Assembly (NCBI GenBank): GCA_002633005.1
Contig: NMRA01000037.1
Coordinates: 476,814 to 540,813 of the forward strand
Direction of reading: 5' to 3'
DNA from: Phoronis australis
Taxonomy: Eukaryota > Animalia > Phoronida
Length of the DNA: 64,000 nt
Of the stretch, positions 52,970 through 64,000 are shown one piece after another. Numbering within the stretch: position 1 is the stretch's first letter; each line of letters starts with the position of its first letter. The notes beneath the pieces were generated by a model, which searched no databases, was not told the origin of the DNA, and was given only the letters and a program-made list of their open reading frames with translations. The position numbers and the translations under genes are program-made.

Positions 52970-53780
52970 CTGTAAAAGGCACAAATACCCTGACTAAGCA
53001 GATCTTAACTACAGTCACACAAGAGTGCGCTCCTTGTGTGCACTGATGGGAGCCAAGGACACGCCCAGGGCCAAGCTAAAACGTCAAGTTGTTCACAGGA
53101 AAATGGGCTGAACCAACCACCAAACTCACATTTTATTGGGGGTATCATGATAGGAAAGTACAGCTCGAGTGTTTGACCGCATACAGAAAACTTGGCAAAC
53201 GCAAAAAAGGAGGAACCAAATAAACATGGAGATGCAAATGAGTAGTAAATAATAACATTCATAGCACGAGATGTGTGACGACTTTTCATACAAGTATGAA
53301 GTGTCAGGAAACTGGAAATCCAGGGTATAATCTCACCAATTTTGAACAAAAACCAATCCAACAGAATTGCTTCTTTTCCATTTTTCAAAAGTTTCTAACA
53401 TTGTGGTGAATGCCAACACTTTTGAAAAATATTGTCTAAGGAACGATGTGCTAAAGGACTTGAACTGTACATAAAGCATCACTTCAGCAATTCTTATTGT
53501 TTACAAAAAATATCTAAAGGAAATAAAATTTCACTTTCTGACACGGTGTGTCCTAAATCGATGAGACTTTACTGAACCAAAAACGAGCAACTCCAAAACC
53601 AATATTAAAGAGGAAAAACATGTATAAATAAGCATCGAGTTTAAGTTGACAACAAACGTCAAATAATTCGAATGAGTATGTCGACACAGCAATCATTTTC
53701 CTAAGCCGAAAATTATGATGAGCGGAAAACATTTTACTAAAGATGAAGTCGAAGAAATGCCAGATTGTTAGTTACGTTAC

Positions 53781-53840
53781 CTTGACCCACTGCGCGACCT
53801 CGAGTTCCTGCGACGAAATCTGAATCTGGGAGACGGTGAC
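53781..53840 (-). CDS. SRSF7: SRSF7-like, RS exon 3
   Basis: cttccag| (R)SPSPRFRFRRRNSRSRSGS(R) |gtaacg; 60 nt, phase 2-2. Confidence 0.8.
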
Positions 53841-54335
53841 CTGGAAGTGGGCAACAAAGGAGCATCAGCAACACCACAACAGAAATGCAATCTGCTCTTA
53901 TCATCAGAATTTTGGCAAATTCCAATCTACACATTTATAACACCAAGTACGATTTCAGTTGACTGAAGCAAAGACCTTAAGTTAGAAATCACTAGCAGCG
54001 CGCTTTTAAAAACATTCTAAACTTCAAAAACTGTCTTCGCAAAACTGCAGAACATTAGACATTATTCACAACACACAGCGAACAATAAACTACGATACAG
54101 TATGCGAAAAACTTTATGTGAATTACAACACTTTGCGTACTAACTGATATTCACAAGTTGTAATTATGCAGACTTCCTGCAAACAAATGGGACATCGACT
54201 TACCTAACCAAGTAAATTACTATTATATCACACTGTCCAGAGTGGCATGCTATACCGTATAGCACATAGAGTGACCAATGGGGGCCAAACAACCAGAGAT
54301 GACCATACACAACAGGACCATTATATTATACCACC

Positions 54336-54359
54336 ATCATCATCATCATCATCATCATC
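54336..54359 (-). repeat. (GAT)8 trinucleotide tract on the transcribed strand
   Basis: (ATC)8 on the plus strand. Confidence 0.95.
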
Positions 54360-54668
54360 CGCCCATTACAACCAAATTCTTAACCAATGCTGCCACCAGA
54401 CCATAACATACCAATTTCCTAACAAACACATGATAACGTATCAAAATAGAGCTTCTTGGATGTTAACGGTGTGTTGGACAAATCAAAGCGGTTAGAAACG
54501 GAAAAGTGTGTTAAGTGCCACTAACGTAAAAATTAGAAAAAATTAGAGCGAAGACAACACAGACACAGGCAAAAAATGACAAGGTTCGAAATCGCACTCG
54601 CTATCAACTATAATCACTGTTATGACTAATACGAAAACACACACTGCTCGGACAAAATTGCTACTTAC

Positions 54669-54796
54669 AGATCACTACCAGCATTATGAAGGGAATGACT
54701 GGCTATAGGTTGAGGAACAGGTCATGCCCCTGAACAAAAGTGGTCTGTTTTGAGGCAACAAAGCCTCGTCAGCTTTTGACAGAATGCACAGGTTAA
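54669..54796 (-). other. Candidate poison (PTC) cassette exon of the SR gene; long form could extend to 54204
   Basis: Long polypyrimidine acceptor ...ttttcactgtcaccttttcatgtag|TTAA gives AGT-TAA in frame; GTAAGT donors after 54669 and after 54204. Confidence 0.55.
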
Positions 54797-55133
54797 CTAC
54801 ATGAAAAGGTGACAGTGAAAACAGAAGCGAAAGAACTGTTATTGAGTGCGAAATCAAGAGTGGAAAAAACAGAGGGCAATTTATTAGCAAGTATTTGGGT
54901 TCGGCTACCCCAGCCCTGTTTGCTGTATTTCACATGTCGAAAAGTAACTCACGCTTAATAAAAGAAAGGAGAGGATGGCAAAAATTTGAGTTATGAGGGC
55001 TCCGTTGCGTAAAACTTCAAAATTTATCTGGTAGATACGCTCGACTGTTGCATGACTGGATGTCAAATGAATTTTCAATAATAGCAATGTGATGAGTGAT
55101 AATGCCATGTCAATGTTACTATCCAGCGTATAG

Positions 55134-55371
55134 CATGCGCGCACCCAGCCTTCAACGTTGTGGACCTTTTGGTAACAAAATAGCCGGCGGACAAAAAAAA
55201 ACAAAAAAAACGGCCGCACCACTGTGAATTGCGCGTTTTGTGCTTGTTTATTGGACTTTTGTCTCATTTTCTCGGACCTTTTGTTTCTCACAGGCGGACC
55301 TTTTTGCCCACTTCGCCAAATGGGGGGGGGGCTCGTTCCAGCTACCCGAGCCCCCGCTGGGTGCGCGCTTG
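55134..55371. mobile_element. MITE, CATGCGCGCACCCAG family
   Basis: TATAG|CATGCGCGCACCCAGC ... GCTGGGTGCGCGCTTG|TATAA; interior similar to 56500-56729. Confidence 0.75.
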
Positions 55372-56499
55372 TATAACTTTGATGAAACCAAGCACTGCAC
55401 AATAACAGGTAATACTGCAGACACTGCAGCAGTAGGAGTGTCTCTTGAAATGTCAACTTTACTAATGAAAGGCATTCTTTGTCTATGGATGTATACTGCA
55501 GTACTTATTTTGTGAGAAAATTAGACCGGTACTTAAAGTGAGCACATCTTGCAACAGACTTGCAGACTACCCAGTGAAAGGGGTTACAGAATCTACTTGC
55601 TCATGACAATTCAAGTACTGTATTGTACGAAGGTTTTGCAAAAGTTCTACACTAAAAAACAAAGTTTCCTAAAGGGTTTCATCGAATTTATCTCCTTGGT
55701 TACTAGAGATAGTGAGCTCCGTGCAAACACAGTGGGCGTACAGTGTAGTTAGGTGTGAGTGCAAGAGGAAGGCAACCAAGTGTTATTTTTATTAAATTAC
55801 TATTTTCTGGATATAAAATGCCCACATCTTGATGTTCATGTGCAGAATACTGGTTCTCAAAATGCGGGCACGTTATACCTGTTTATTACCCCAGAAGTGA
55901 CGTTCGCAGTCCGAATCATTCTTTGGCAGCTTTGTTTGTGCAACAATTCATTGTGGACATCTGTTGCCAGTTTACTAATTGTGTACATTATGTTGATTGC
56001 ATACTATTAACTGTCATCTGGGTAATCAGTCTTATTACACATCAATGCAATTAACCATTTGTTTGGGAATGAAAATCATTTACTATCATGGAATGAAAAG
56101 GTTTTAAACTTATTTTGTGTGGTAGAGTACAGCCTAATATACCATTTGAGTTTAGCCAGTGCAAAGAATAAGTCCCACTGAAATTAAGTAGGCTAACTGA
56201 GGAATGCAGACACACACACAAGGAAGTGAAATAGAAATTCTTTAAGGACTTCATGCTAATTTTACACTACGTGAAAAGCAGGACACAAAATGCACAAAGG
56301 TGCTTCAGAAGAGGGGAATTTCAGCCACATCAAAGTCTCATGGGATTTTTCATTAAAATGAAATTTTACTTTTTGGCGTACCAAACGGCTAGAATTACCC
56401 TCTTGCCTGACATATCATTAAATGTATCCAGTAGTCTAAGGCCGTCCTTAAAATGAATTTTGTTTCTCCTCTCAATCAGCCATTTATTACTCGACATGG

Positions 56500-56729
56500 C
56501 ATGCGCGCACCCAGCCTTTAATATGGGGGGGGGGTTCGAATTTCTGACGATGTGGACCTTTTACTAACAAAAAAACCCGGGAGGACTAGAAAGAAAAAAA
56601 ACACGGTACCATGTTCAGAGCTGTGAATCGTGTGTTGCACCTTTTTAGGGGTCTGTTTTCTTGTTTTCACGGACTTTTTGTTTCTCTGAGGCGGACCTTT
56701 TTGCCCACTTTGCTCTGGGAGCACGCATG
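56500..56729. mobile_element. MITE, CATGCGCGCACCCAG family (5-bp TSD)
   Basis: CATGG|CATGCGCGCACCCAG ... CTGGGAGCACGCATG|CATGG. Confidence 0.75.
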
Positions 56730-57379
56730 CATGGGTAAGCGACTTACTCATTTTTGACATTTCTTGCAGAAACGTGTCTCTTGGAAAAATATTCTGTCAG
56801 ATTGCAAATAAAACAATGAGTCGTGCACTTAGGCAATTTAGGATGGCTCACTAGAGAGGAAGCAAACTTAATTTTAATTTAGGCTCAAACAAAACAATTT
56901 TAAGAACCACACTCAAATGTCTCTTTAGTTCAATATCACCAGACTTTAAGGACACTTCTAATTAACACTAATAAATATTACAACCAAGTTTCAGCTAAAT
57001 GCATAACCGTTTTCCCATGGTGAACTAGATACAATACTTTAAAAAAAAATAATGAATGTCTTCAGGTCAGAAAACGCACATTTTTGGCTATGTGTTTAAT
57101 TTACTAGCAATTTTCAGCTGACTTCCTTAATGACATTCACCATGATTTCGATGAAACTAAATGACTAAAAATTTGTCAACATTTTGAAACCAACTGACAA
57201 CACTGTATGTTTTACATCGAAAACAAACAATCCATGTGAAAATGACACCATGTGCAAGTTTGCAATATCAAAAGACAAATCAGTTGTGAAAATAACTGGA
57301 CGAGAGGATGCTCCAGTAATTTAAAATTTATCTATAATACCTCGATTCAAACTGAAAGATAACAAATCATGGAACGTAC

Positions 57380-57538
57380 CTCCGTCTACTGCCAGACCAG
57401 CTGCCGTTGCAATCCCGTGAGAAGTGACCCCTCTGGCCGCAATTGTAGCAGCGCATATCAGGGTCAAACCTACGGCGACCTCGACCTCGCGTACGTGGGA
57501 GAGCGTGCGTCACTCTGATGCTTTTGTCACGAATCATT
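57380..57538 (-). CDS. SRSF7: SRSF7-like, exon 2 (RRM end + CCHC zinc knuckle)
   Basis: tgtgcag| MIRDKSIRVTHALPRTRGRGRRRFDPDMRCYNCGQRGHFSRDCNGSWSGSRR |gtacgt. Confidence 0.9.
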
Positions 57539-57897
57539 CTGCACAAGCACAAGATGCCCACATGAATTACACCAGGAATTTTTCAACTCATCCGCGCCAC
57601 CAAAAATTATTCAAATAATATGTAGCGCGTGAAACTCCAATCTTAATTTCCATTAATTTACAAAAATAAGATCATGTTAAGGTGGCAAGTTGAAGTAAAA
57701 AGCTTAAATCAGAAATTGTTTTTTGACAGAAGACTAGTTTACTAACAACAAAAGAGCATCATTTGGGATGTCTGTCTCCATACTTTGAACAAACTGCATT
57801 GCCTTGAAATTGCTTGACAAAGTTTTTAAATCAAATGCTAAAGCAGAAAGTGCCTCTTTACAGTTCTTGAACGGTTGATAAGACTGATAAGACTTAC

Positions 57898-58130
57898 TTC
57901 CCGTTCATCTCCCTCACACAATCTTCAGCGTCCTCTCTGAACTCGAAGACAACGAAGGCGAAGCTGGGAGGTCCCTTGGCCACCCATACTTCCTTCAGAG
58001 GACCATACTTCTCGCACGCTTTCTCAAGGTCACGTTTAGATGCCGATGAGCATAGGTCAGCGATATGTACCCGGTGACCTTTCTCTGGGCTGCGACTGCG
58101 ACTACGACTCCATGACCGACTGCGACCCAT
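57898..58130 (-). CDS. SRSF7: SRSF7-like, coding exon 1 (short RS leader + RRM)
   Basis: MGRSRSWSRSRSRSPEKGHRVHIADL...KYGPLKEVWVAKGPPSFAFVVFEFREDAEDCVREMNG(K); donor AA|GTAAGT. Confidence 0.88.
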
Positions 58131-58224
58131 CTCTTAACTGGATCCCTTTAAATATAAACAAACAAGGATAAACCGACTGCGACCCATCTCTTAACTGGAT
58201 CACTTTAAATATAAACAAACAAGG
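58115..58224. repeat. 53-bp tandem duplication (period 57) covering the acceptor and start codon of the SR gene
   Basis: 58115-58167 and 58172-58224 differ at one base. Confidence 0.92.
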
Positions 58225-58576
58225 GTAAGAACAAGGATATGGAAAGCGATGCTGTTTATACAGAGAAAATTCTCAAATTGTGACAAAAAAGATTCACTTT
58301 TTCGAACACTTAGAAAATAAACTGTGACACAATATCTGAAAATTTACCAAAGATAACAACACTACCTAATCACACAAACTGTACTAACAATGACATCAAC
58401 ATTTTCTCAAAATTATCTATTTGTCAAAATGAAATCCGACTAGTTTACCATATTGCGTTCCTAAGTGAAAAATTCTTATGACCTTTTGACATGTTCCTTT
58501 TTCTCACATCTTCAGCCATCTGTGATTCAACTGATTCTGGTTTGCAAACTCTTCAGCTGAGTTTACTGAGGGCCTG

Positions 58577-60284
58577 CAGGGGTATACCCAGGTTTCAAAA
58601 CCCTGCTCGACAGCTGGGCAAGTGAGCCAGAAAATCTACTCGCCCAGCCCGAAGTTCATTCGCCCCGCCGTCTGCGCCTGTCCCCACAAACTTGCTGCCA
58701 GTGACAATAAAAATCATCGTTTTGTGCATTGATGTCACCATCTATTGGGGCTACCGTATTCGCCCTAATAAGCACCCAGGTTGCTTAGAAAAAATCGTTT
58801 TAGAAGAGAGCGCTTGTTGTAGCCTAAGGCGGTTGAAACCCAGTCTCCGAAACGGGTGAAATCAGAAGCTAGGATTCATCAAATTTACGTGCTGTGTCGT
58901 ATCTGTAACCTATGACAGACTATCTACAAAACTGTTGTGCATTGCTACCATACTTTATTGTTAAACTACGATCTTTTATAAAAAATATGCTGAAATCTCA
59001 GGGCGAAAACTTGCTGACTGATGCGTCGCTGCCTCGCGATCGTCGATAGGGTAACTTGAATTCTTGAGTAAAAATACAGTTTCGACTCAACAAATTACGT
59101 GATATCTTCCTCAAGTTTTCCAAATAGCGTTCCTAAGATTTTAAGTTCCTGTGAAGTCGGGATTAACAGCAGATTAAGTCCAAATCTGCGCTAGATCGCA
59201 TCACGAGAAAAATCTGGATGAACGCACGTGTTGTTGTCACTTGACCTTTATTTTGAAGTTAGTCTGCAAGTGTGTGCTAAATGAGTGAGTCTGTGCGTGT
59301 CATCAGAGTTCATTTGCCAGAGTAGCAGGCCCACATACATGTAGGCCCTAGCGCGCGCTTCTTGGCCATGTGCTCATTAACACTGGTAAAATTTCGATTC
59401 GCGGTTTTTACGTGTACAAAGTAATCTGGATTCCTGTTGAGGGAGAACAGCTGTATGGGGAAAGATACAATACAATTCCGTTGACAAGTACAATGCGTCT
59501 CTTCTGAAAGGCCTGACCATAGTGGGACACGTTCCTCACAAGATCAGCAAAACTTTTGCGTTCTCTTTGAAGCACTACGGAAGTTTGAAGTGTACAGCCA
59601 CAGCTAAATACCGACATAGCGGCGAGGTTCGTGACCTAGAAATTCCGCGCAAAATGATTTTTCAGGACTGTCGGATATCATTGATAAATTGAAGACATTA
59701 CTGTAGAATTTTAGAACTGTAAGGCATTTTTTGCATATGTACACGTTCATGGACTGGGCGCTTATTCATTAGCGAAGCCTGAAAACGAGAGTGGGGCGCT
59801 TACAGGGGAGTGGGCGCTTATTAGGACGAATGCTATTATTTATAAAATAATTTTAGCTAAAATGACATTGTACATTACAATAAGAAATCAGTTTAAAAAA
59901 ATATGGTATTTCACTTGCTGTGAGCACTTGAATCCGTCTTCCGCCTTTACCACGTTTCTTCATTTTGGACTAGAGTCCACAAATTCCTTTGTGCACGACC
60001 ACACACTATGATCTTTTGTCTTGACGAATCGCGTAACTGGTAACATCTACTGAATCGAAAGGATCGCACTGCGCCGATGTTTATTACTGCTGGAACATCG
60101 ACACCCTGACCAAACTGGACTTTAAATTCATGTTAAAAACAGCACGAGGAGAAAATTTATTCATGTTCATCTGGGAAACGATATAGTGCTTTGGCGCTCT
60201 GAAAATTCACTCGCCACCTGGGCGACCGCCAAGCACCCTTTTTACTCGCATAAGCGACTGGGCGAGTGGCCGAGTATATCCCTG
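58577..60284. mobile_element. Non-autonomous hAT-like element with 6-bp TSD, hosting a nested MITE
   Basis: GGCCTG|CAGGGGTATACCCAG ... CCGAGTATATCCCTG|GGCCTG; actcgcc/gggcga subterminal motifs at both ends. Confidence 0.7.
58754..59835. mobile_element. Tc1/mariner-pogo-type MITE nested in the hAT-like element
   Basis: TA|CCGTATTCGCCCTAATAAGCACCC ... GGGCGCTTATTAGGACGAAT (18/20 inverted match; right tip decayed); repeated gggcgctta subterminal motifs. Confidence 0.65.
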
Positions 60285-60329
60285 GGCCTGTATCACTCAA
60301 TTCACAAGCGTAAGAATATTTAAGCCTAC

Positions 60330-60375
60330 CTTGAACTGTAACCCACGTGTGAAGTTGATTGTCTTGGAAATCACT
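60330..60375 (-). other. Candidate 5' UTR exon of the SR gene
   Basis: Acceptor atattttcag| and donor CAAG|GTAGGC, in unique sequence between two transposons; contains no ATG. Confidence 0.35.
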
Positions 60376-60747
60376 CTGAAAATATCAATGCCATAAATTG
60401 CAAAACGTACTTTGTCTACATCACCTAGGGAATCCTTACACGATATTCAATTCGAACTCGTGGTGACGCAATATGGTGCGGAAAGGGTTATTTCATGTCT
60501 TGTTTGATATGCATACTGGTTGAGTGATTAAACTTTTTCTTACATTGTTGGTGGAACTATCAAGGCAGCCTAATACAAAGCTCCGTTCAAGGAGGGCTTT
60601 AAGGTTATGTGTACTTATCACTAAGTGAAAAGTTGTCATGTGATGTTCAACGTTAGTCCCGAGAAAAATGCAAATTATTTACTATTTTCTTGTTAATTTT
60701 ATATGCACATCATCAACAAAGAAGAAATTTTCTAACAGGACAATATA

Positions 60748-63111
60748 CTCTGGAGTTCCAAATAGTAGTAGAGACAGCAATAATAGTATAGACTGGAAAA
60801 GTTCACGATTTTTAATAATAGTAGAGACTCTAATTATAGTATAGACCCAACATTTTTGCCACTAGAAAAGTAGAATAAATAGTATAGACCAGAAATTGTC
60901 GGAAAAAACTAATAATAGTATAGAATGGAATAATGGTATAGACGGCAAATTTGTGGAAATTTAAACATAGTACAGACTGAAATAATAATATTGATTACAA
61001 ATGTAGGTAAAATCTAATAATGATATAGAAAGGAATAATGCAAAACAGCAAATTCTAAGGAATAATGATATAGACTGGAAATTTGTGGAAAATTAAAAAT
61101 AATATAGACTAGAATAACAACACTGATTACAAAGTTGCGTAAAATTTAGTAACGGTAGATGGAAATAATAGGAAGTGCAAAATCTAATAATGATGTAGAT
61201 GGGATTGGAATAATAGTGCAAAGAAGCATATTCTGTCTGACTTACCACCACTTAGAAAAACTTTTAAATTGAACATTAGCATAGTTAAATTATTGCAGTG
61301 GTGTATCCACCCATGCCATAACATAGTACAGTGAAGTGGAATAAAGTGTCATTGCTAAAACAAAGACCATTTGTTTATTCAATAACTTTAAATGGAAGTC
61401 TATGTGTTTCAAACAGTATGCGTTATCATTTTACTCAAAAAAGAATGTGACATTCATATTAGAGATGCCAATGTCGACTAAGTCCAAAAATTATAACAAG
61501 GAGGTAAAGATTTCAGCAGCAACGTCTAGTCTTCCACGAAGCCGACAGTCTGAATAAAGACAATAAAGTGTCTTGGTAAAACGAGTCGCATTTTTATCAT
61601 ACATATTCCTTATAGTCGAGCCTTTGTTTCTCTCACTCAATCTCATGTCTTGCACAACGTTCATAGTCAATACCCTCGTAATGTTAGTCAGAATTCGACG
61701 TCAAAAAGTCAGTCCAGCCAAACTTTTACACAGCCAGAAATTGAGATTTCGTGCAGAATTGCCCAACATTCGAGTCCACGACCACAACTACGTCCACCAT
61801 CTTGAATATCTAATTAGGTATAAGAAACAAACCGATTCATGTGCGCTTTTCCATTTACTTGGACTGGAGAGCAAGTAGAAATCAATTTCAATAGATATCG
61901 ACTGGATTGTCAAACCTTAGCAACATATTTCAAGATTGCCACAAGTCCAATCTATTCTCAAGTTTGGAGCGAATTGTAAAAATACTGATGTCCGATGTTG
62001 TCGGCAACTTGTTGGTACTTTGTTGATTCTAGAACCTGGTTCCTAGGTTGATTGAAAGGTTCGACACAGTTCATTAACTGCACGGGTATTTGCGCTTCGT
62101 TGACTTGCCGCGTTATCACCACGGTCCGTATCTGTAGCTGGATTATTTGTCGTACCATCATCTGAATCAATATCTGTATCTGGAACATCTCTCAGTTTGT
62201 AAAATAATCCTCGAATTCTTTTAGGCCTTTGCGCGGCAGACGACATTATCAAGTATGTAGAATGCGCATGTCAATAATGACGGAAACCGCAGATGACACT
62301 GGCTGTGATAAATGCCGGAATTACTACCCCGGAAACGAAAACTTCGGGGACAGACACAGTGAAGAGTTGTTACGGCAAGCCAGTTTTTCACAGGGTGCAA
62401 TCATAAATATTGGATCACCCAAAGAAACTTGTCGAAAGCGTTTTTATTGAGCTGCTGGTAACACCGATCTGTGTCACGGGGCGCGCGGAATATTGAAAAT
62501 GCACTTTTTGTGCATTAAATTCATCATTTCTGAAATTACTGATGGCCCATTTCTTTGAGCGACAACCCACCAGCCGTTAATAATAAAAGAAGTGTTCATC
62601 ATTTCAAGCTTGTTAAATTTTGCCAACACTTTCTTAATTCTGATCGATCCCGTCGAACCCATCCAAAATAACATTCTGGCTGTCCAGCAGACACCCGCTG
62701 CGTAAACCCTTGCTTGGGAGTTCGATTATTTACGCTTTGAAACATACAATTGTATATTTTAGCAAATAAAATCTTTTAATGTGTATGACATGTGACTTCC
62801 GTGTGTAACACGGAGTCGTACATAGCTCTTCTAAATTACGAGCTCTAAACTGAGTGACTCGTGGTCTGGAGGTTTAGAGCGACTTAAGAGCAAATTACCA
62901 ACGTCTTACGACCAAGGTACGACACCTGGGGTCATCAACAAACTTGTAATGAATGAAACAAGAATTGAGAACTTGCTGAATCAAATAATCGTGGAGAGCG
63001 GAAAAAGGTTAGAAAATTAATAAACGTGGAGACCCGAATAAGCGTCGTATAGACTGGAAAACGAGTCTGAAAACAATAATCGTATAGATACGACTATTCG
63101 GAATTCGAGAG
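60748..63111. mobile_element. 2.36 kb TA-flanked DNA transposon with subterminal repeat array and possible decayed coding remnant
   Basis: TA|CTCTGGAGTTCCAAATAGTAGTA ... TACGACTATTCGGAATTCGAGAG|TA imperfect TIRs; aataatagtatagac motif arrayed at ~60760-61220 and echoed at ~63040-63090. Confidence 0.7.
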
Positions 63112-63481
63112 TACTTTGGCCAAGGCAATACATCGCAAATGAACGCCTCAGAAAAAACATGGAATTTATGAATAACAAGGCACCAATACTAGGCAATATG
63201 AGTAATTAAGTACATTCATTTTTTAGAATCACCACGAGTAGCCAGCCAACTAGCTGTATGATGACTTTCATCAAATTACAGCTAGGTACCACAGTCCGTT
63301 TTTCTTCCATAGACCTCGAAATTGCACACAGCCAGGGTAGTTCTGCTCGTCAACTCGCCGTGAATGTGAAACTGGTCCTGTACCTGTGTCAACATGTACT
63401 GATGTAGTCTGTAGGAGTGTAGAGCTAAGCCTAAAGATCGGACGTGGTGCATGCAAAATCTGGGAATCAACCGACACTCAC

Positions 63482-63620
63482 CTTGCCCGTTACAACCGTT
63501 TAAGTGAAAAACAATGCAATAAACATCATTTTCTTGCGTCATTCTCGACCTTTTGTAACAATGAAAAGTATGTTGTCGTTTTGAGTTGACCTTTCACGGA
63601 ATTTGGACAAAAATGTCGGC
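63482..63620 (-). other. Candidate first (5' UTR) exon of the SR gene
   Basis: Consensus donor CAAG|GTGAGT at 63482/63481; 5' boundary unknown. Confidence 0.3.
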
Positions 63621-64000
63621 TGTTCTTTGCCGAAATTTTGTCGATCGAACTGTATCGTCTGAAATAAGTGATGCACAAATTCAAACTACAATCAAATAAT
63701 CTTTCAAAGTGCGTGAATAGACAGTTTGACTATAACCGTTATTATGGTACCTTGAGATTTTGATGTAAATAACACCATAAGTCGGTAATGATGAAAAACT
63801 TCCAGTCTTCCACCAGCTCAGAAGCTGATAGGGGTGTTGCAGACCAAGTAGGCCACCCGACCAAGTGAACTTGGTCGGCTTACATGGTCGGACCTCGCAG
63901 ACCAAGTAGATACCTCCGACCGAGTTGCAAGGTACCGTTGATACCTGAATGTTTGCCATAGTGTTATAATATAAACGGTTCCACCAAATACGTTTTTTTT

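Larger units (their letters stand above)
51539..58130 (-). other. SRSF7/9G8-like SR splicing factor coding span: 5 exons, 609 nt, 202 aa
   Basis: RRM (exon 1), CYNCGQRGHFSRDC zinc knuckle (exon 2) and RS domain (exons 3-5); all introns are phase 2. SRSF3/7 family, but the divergent RRM leaves 1:1 orthology uncertain. Confidence 0.85.

Noticed and set aside
54669-54796. AUG-initiated Split-ORF for the RS domain inside the poison exon
   Set aside because: I translated both exon forms in the RS frame and found no AUG after the last stop.
54905-55515. 183-aa ORF and overlapping ORFs
   Set aside because: They run through a MITE and A/T runs in an intron; no protein-like features.

Overview
Eukaryotic genomic DNA from an invertebrate animal (AT-rich, GT-AG introns, MITE-rich; the species cannot be determined from the sequence). 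Four spliced protein-coding genes were reconstructed by hand. (1) The 5' end of PEX19 (minus strand, runs off the left edge). (2) LRRC58 (plus, 3 coding exons, 348 aa), head-to-head with PEX19. (3) GSK3/shaggy (minus, 9 coding exons, 415 aa), tail-to-tail with LRRC58. (4) A divergent SRSF7/9G8-like SR protein (minus, RRM + CCHC zinc knuckle + RS, 5 coding exons, 202 aa). There is one 367-N gap flanked by a ~1.15 kb near-identical duplication, probably an assembly or haplotype artefact. Main observations: the GSK3 has lost the inhibitory Ser9 site (RPRTKPF instead of RPRTTSF) and the Cys199-equivalent, while keeping the priming pocket and the C-terminal TP site; the SR gene has a candidate poison exon with a nearby (GAU)8 tract and a duplicated acceptor+start codon that creates a uORF; LRRC58 and GSK3 are linked as in human; and CA-terminated MITEs here have 5- or 6-bp rather than 8-bp target-site duplications. 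No prokaryotic-type system, CRISPR array, tRNA or rRNA is supported.
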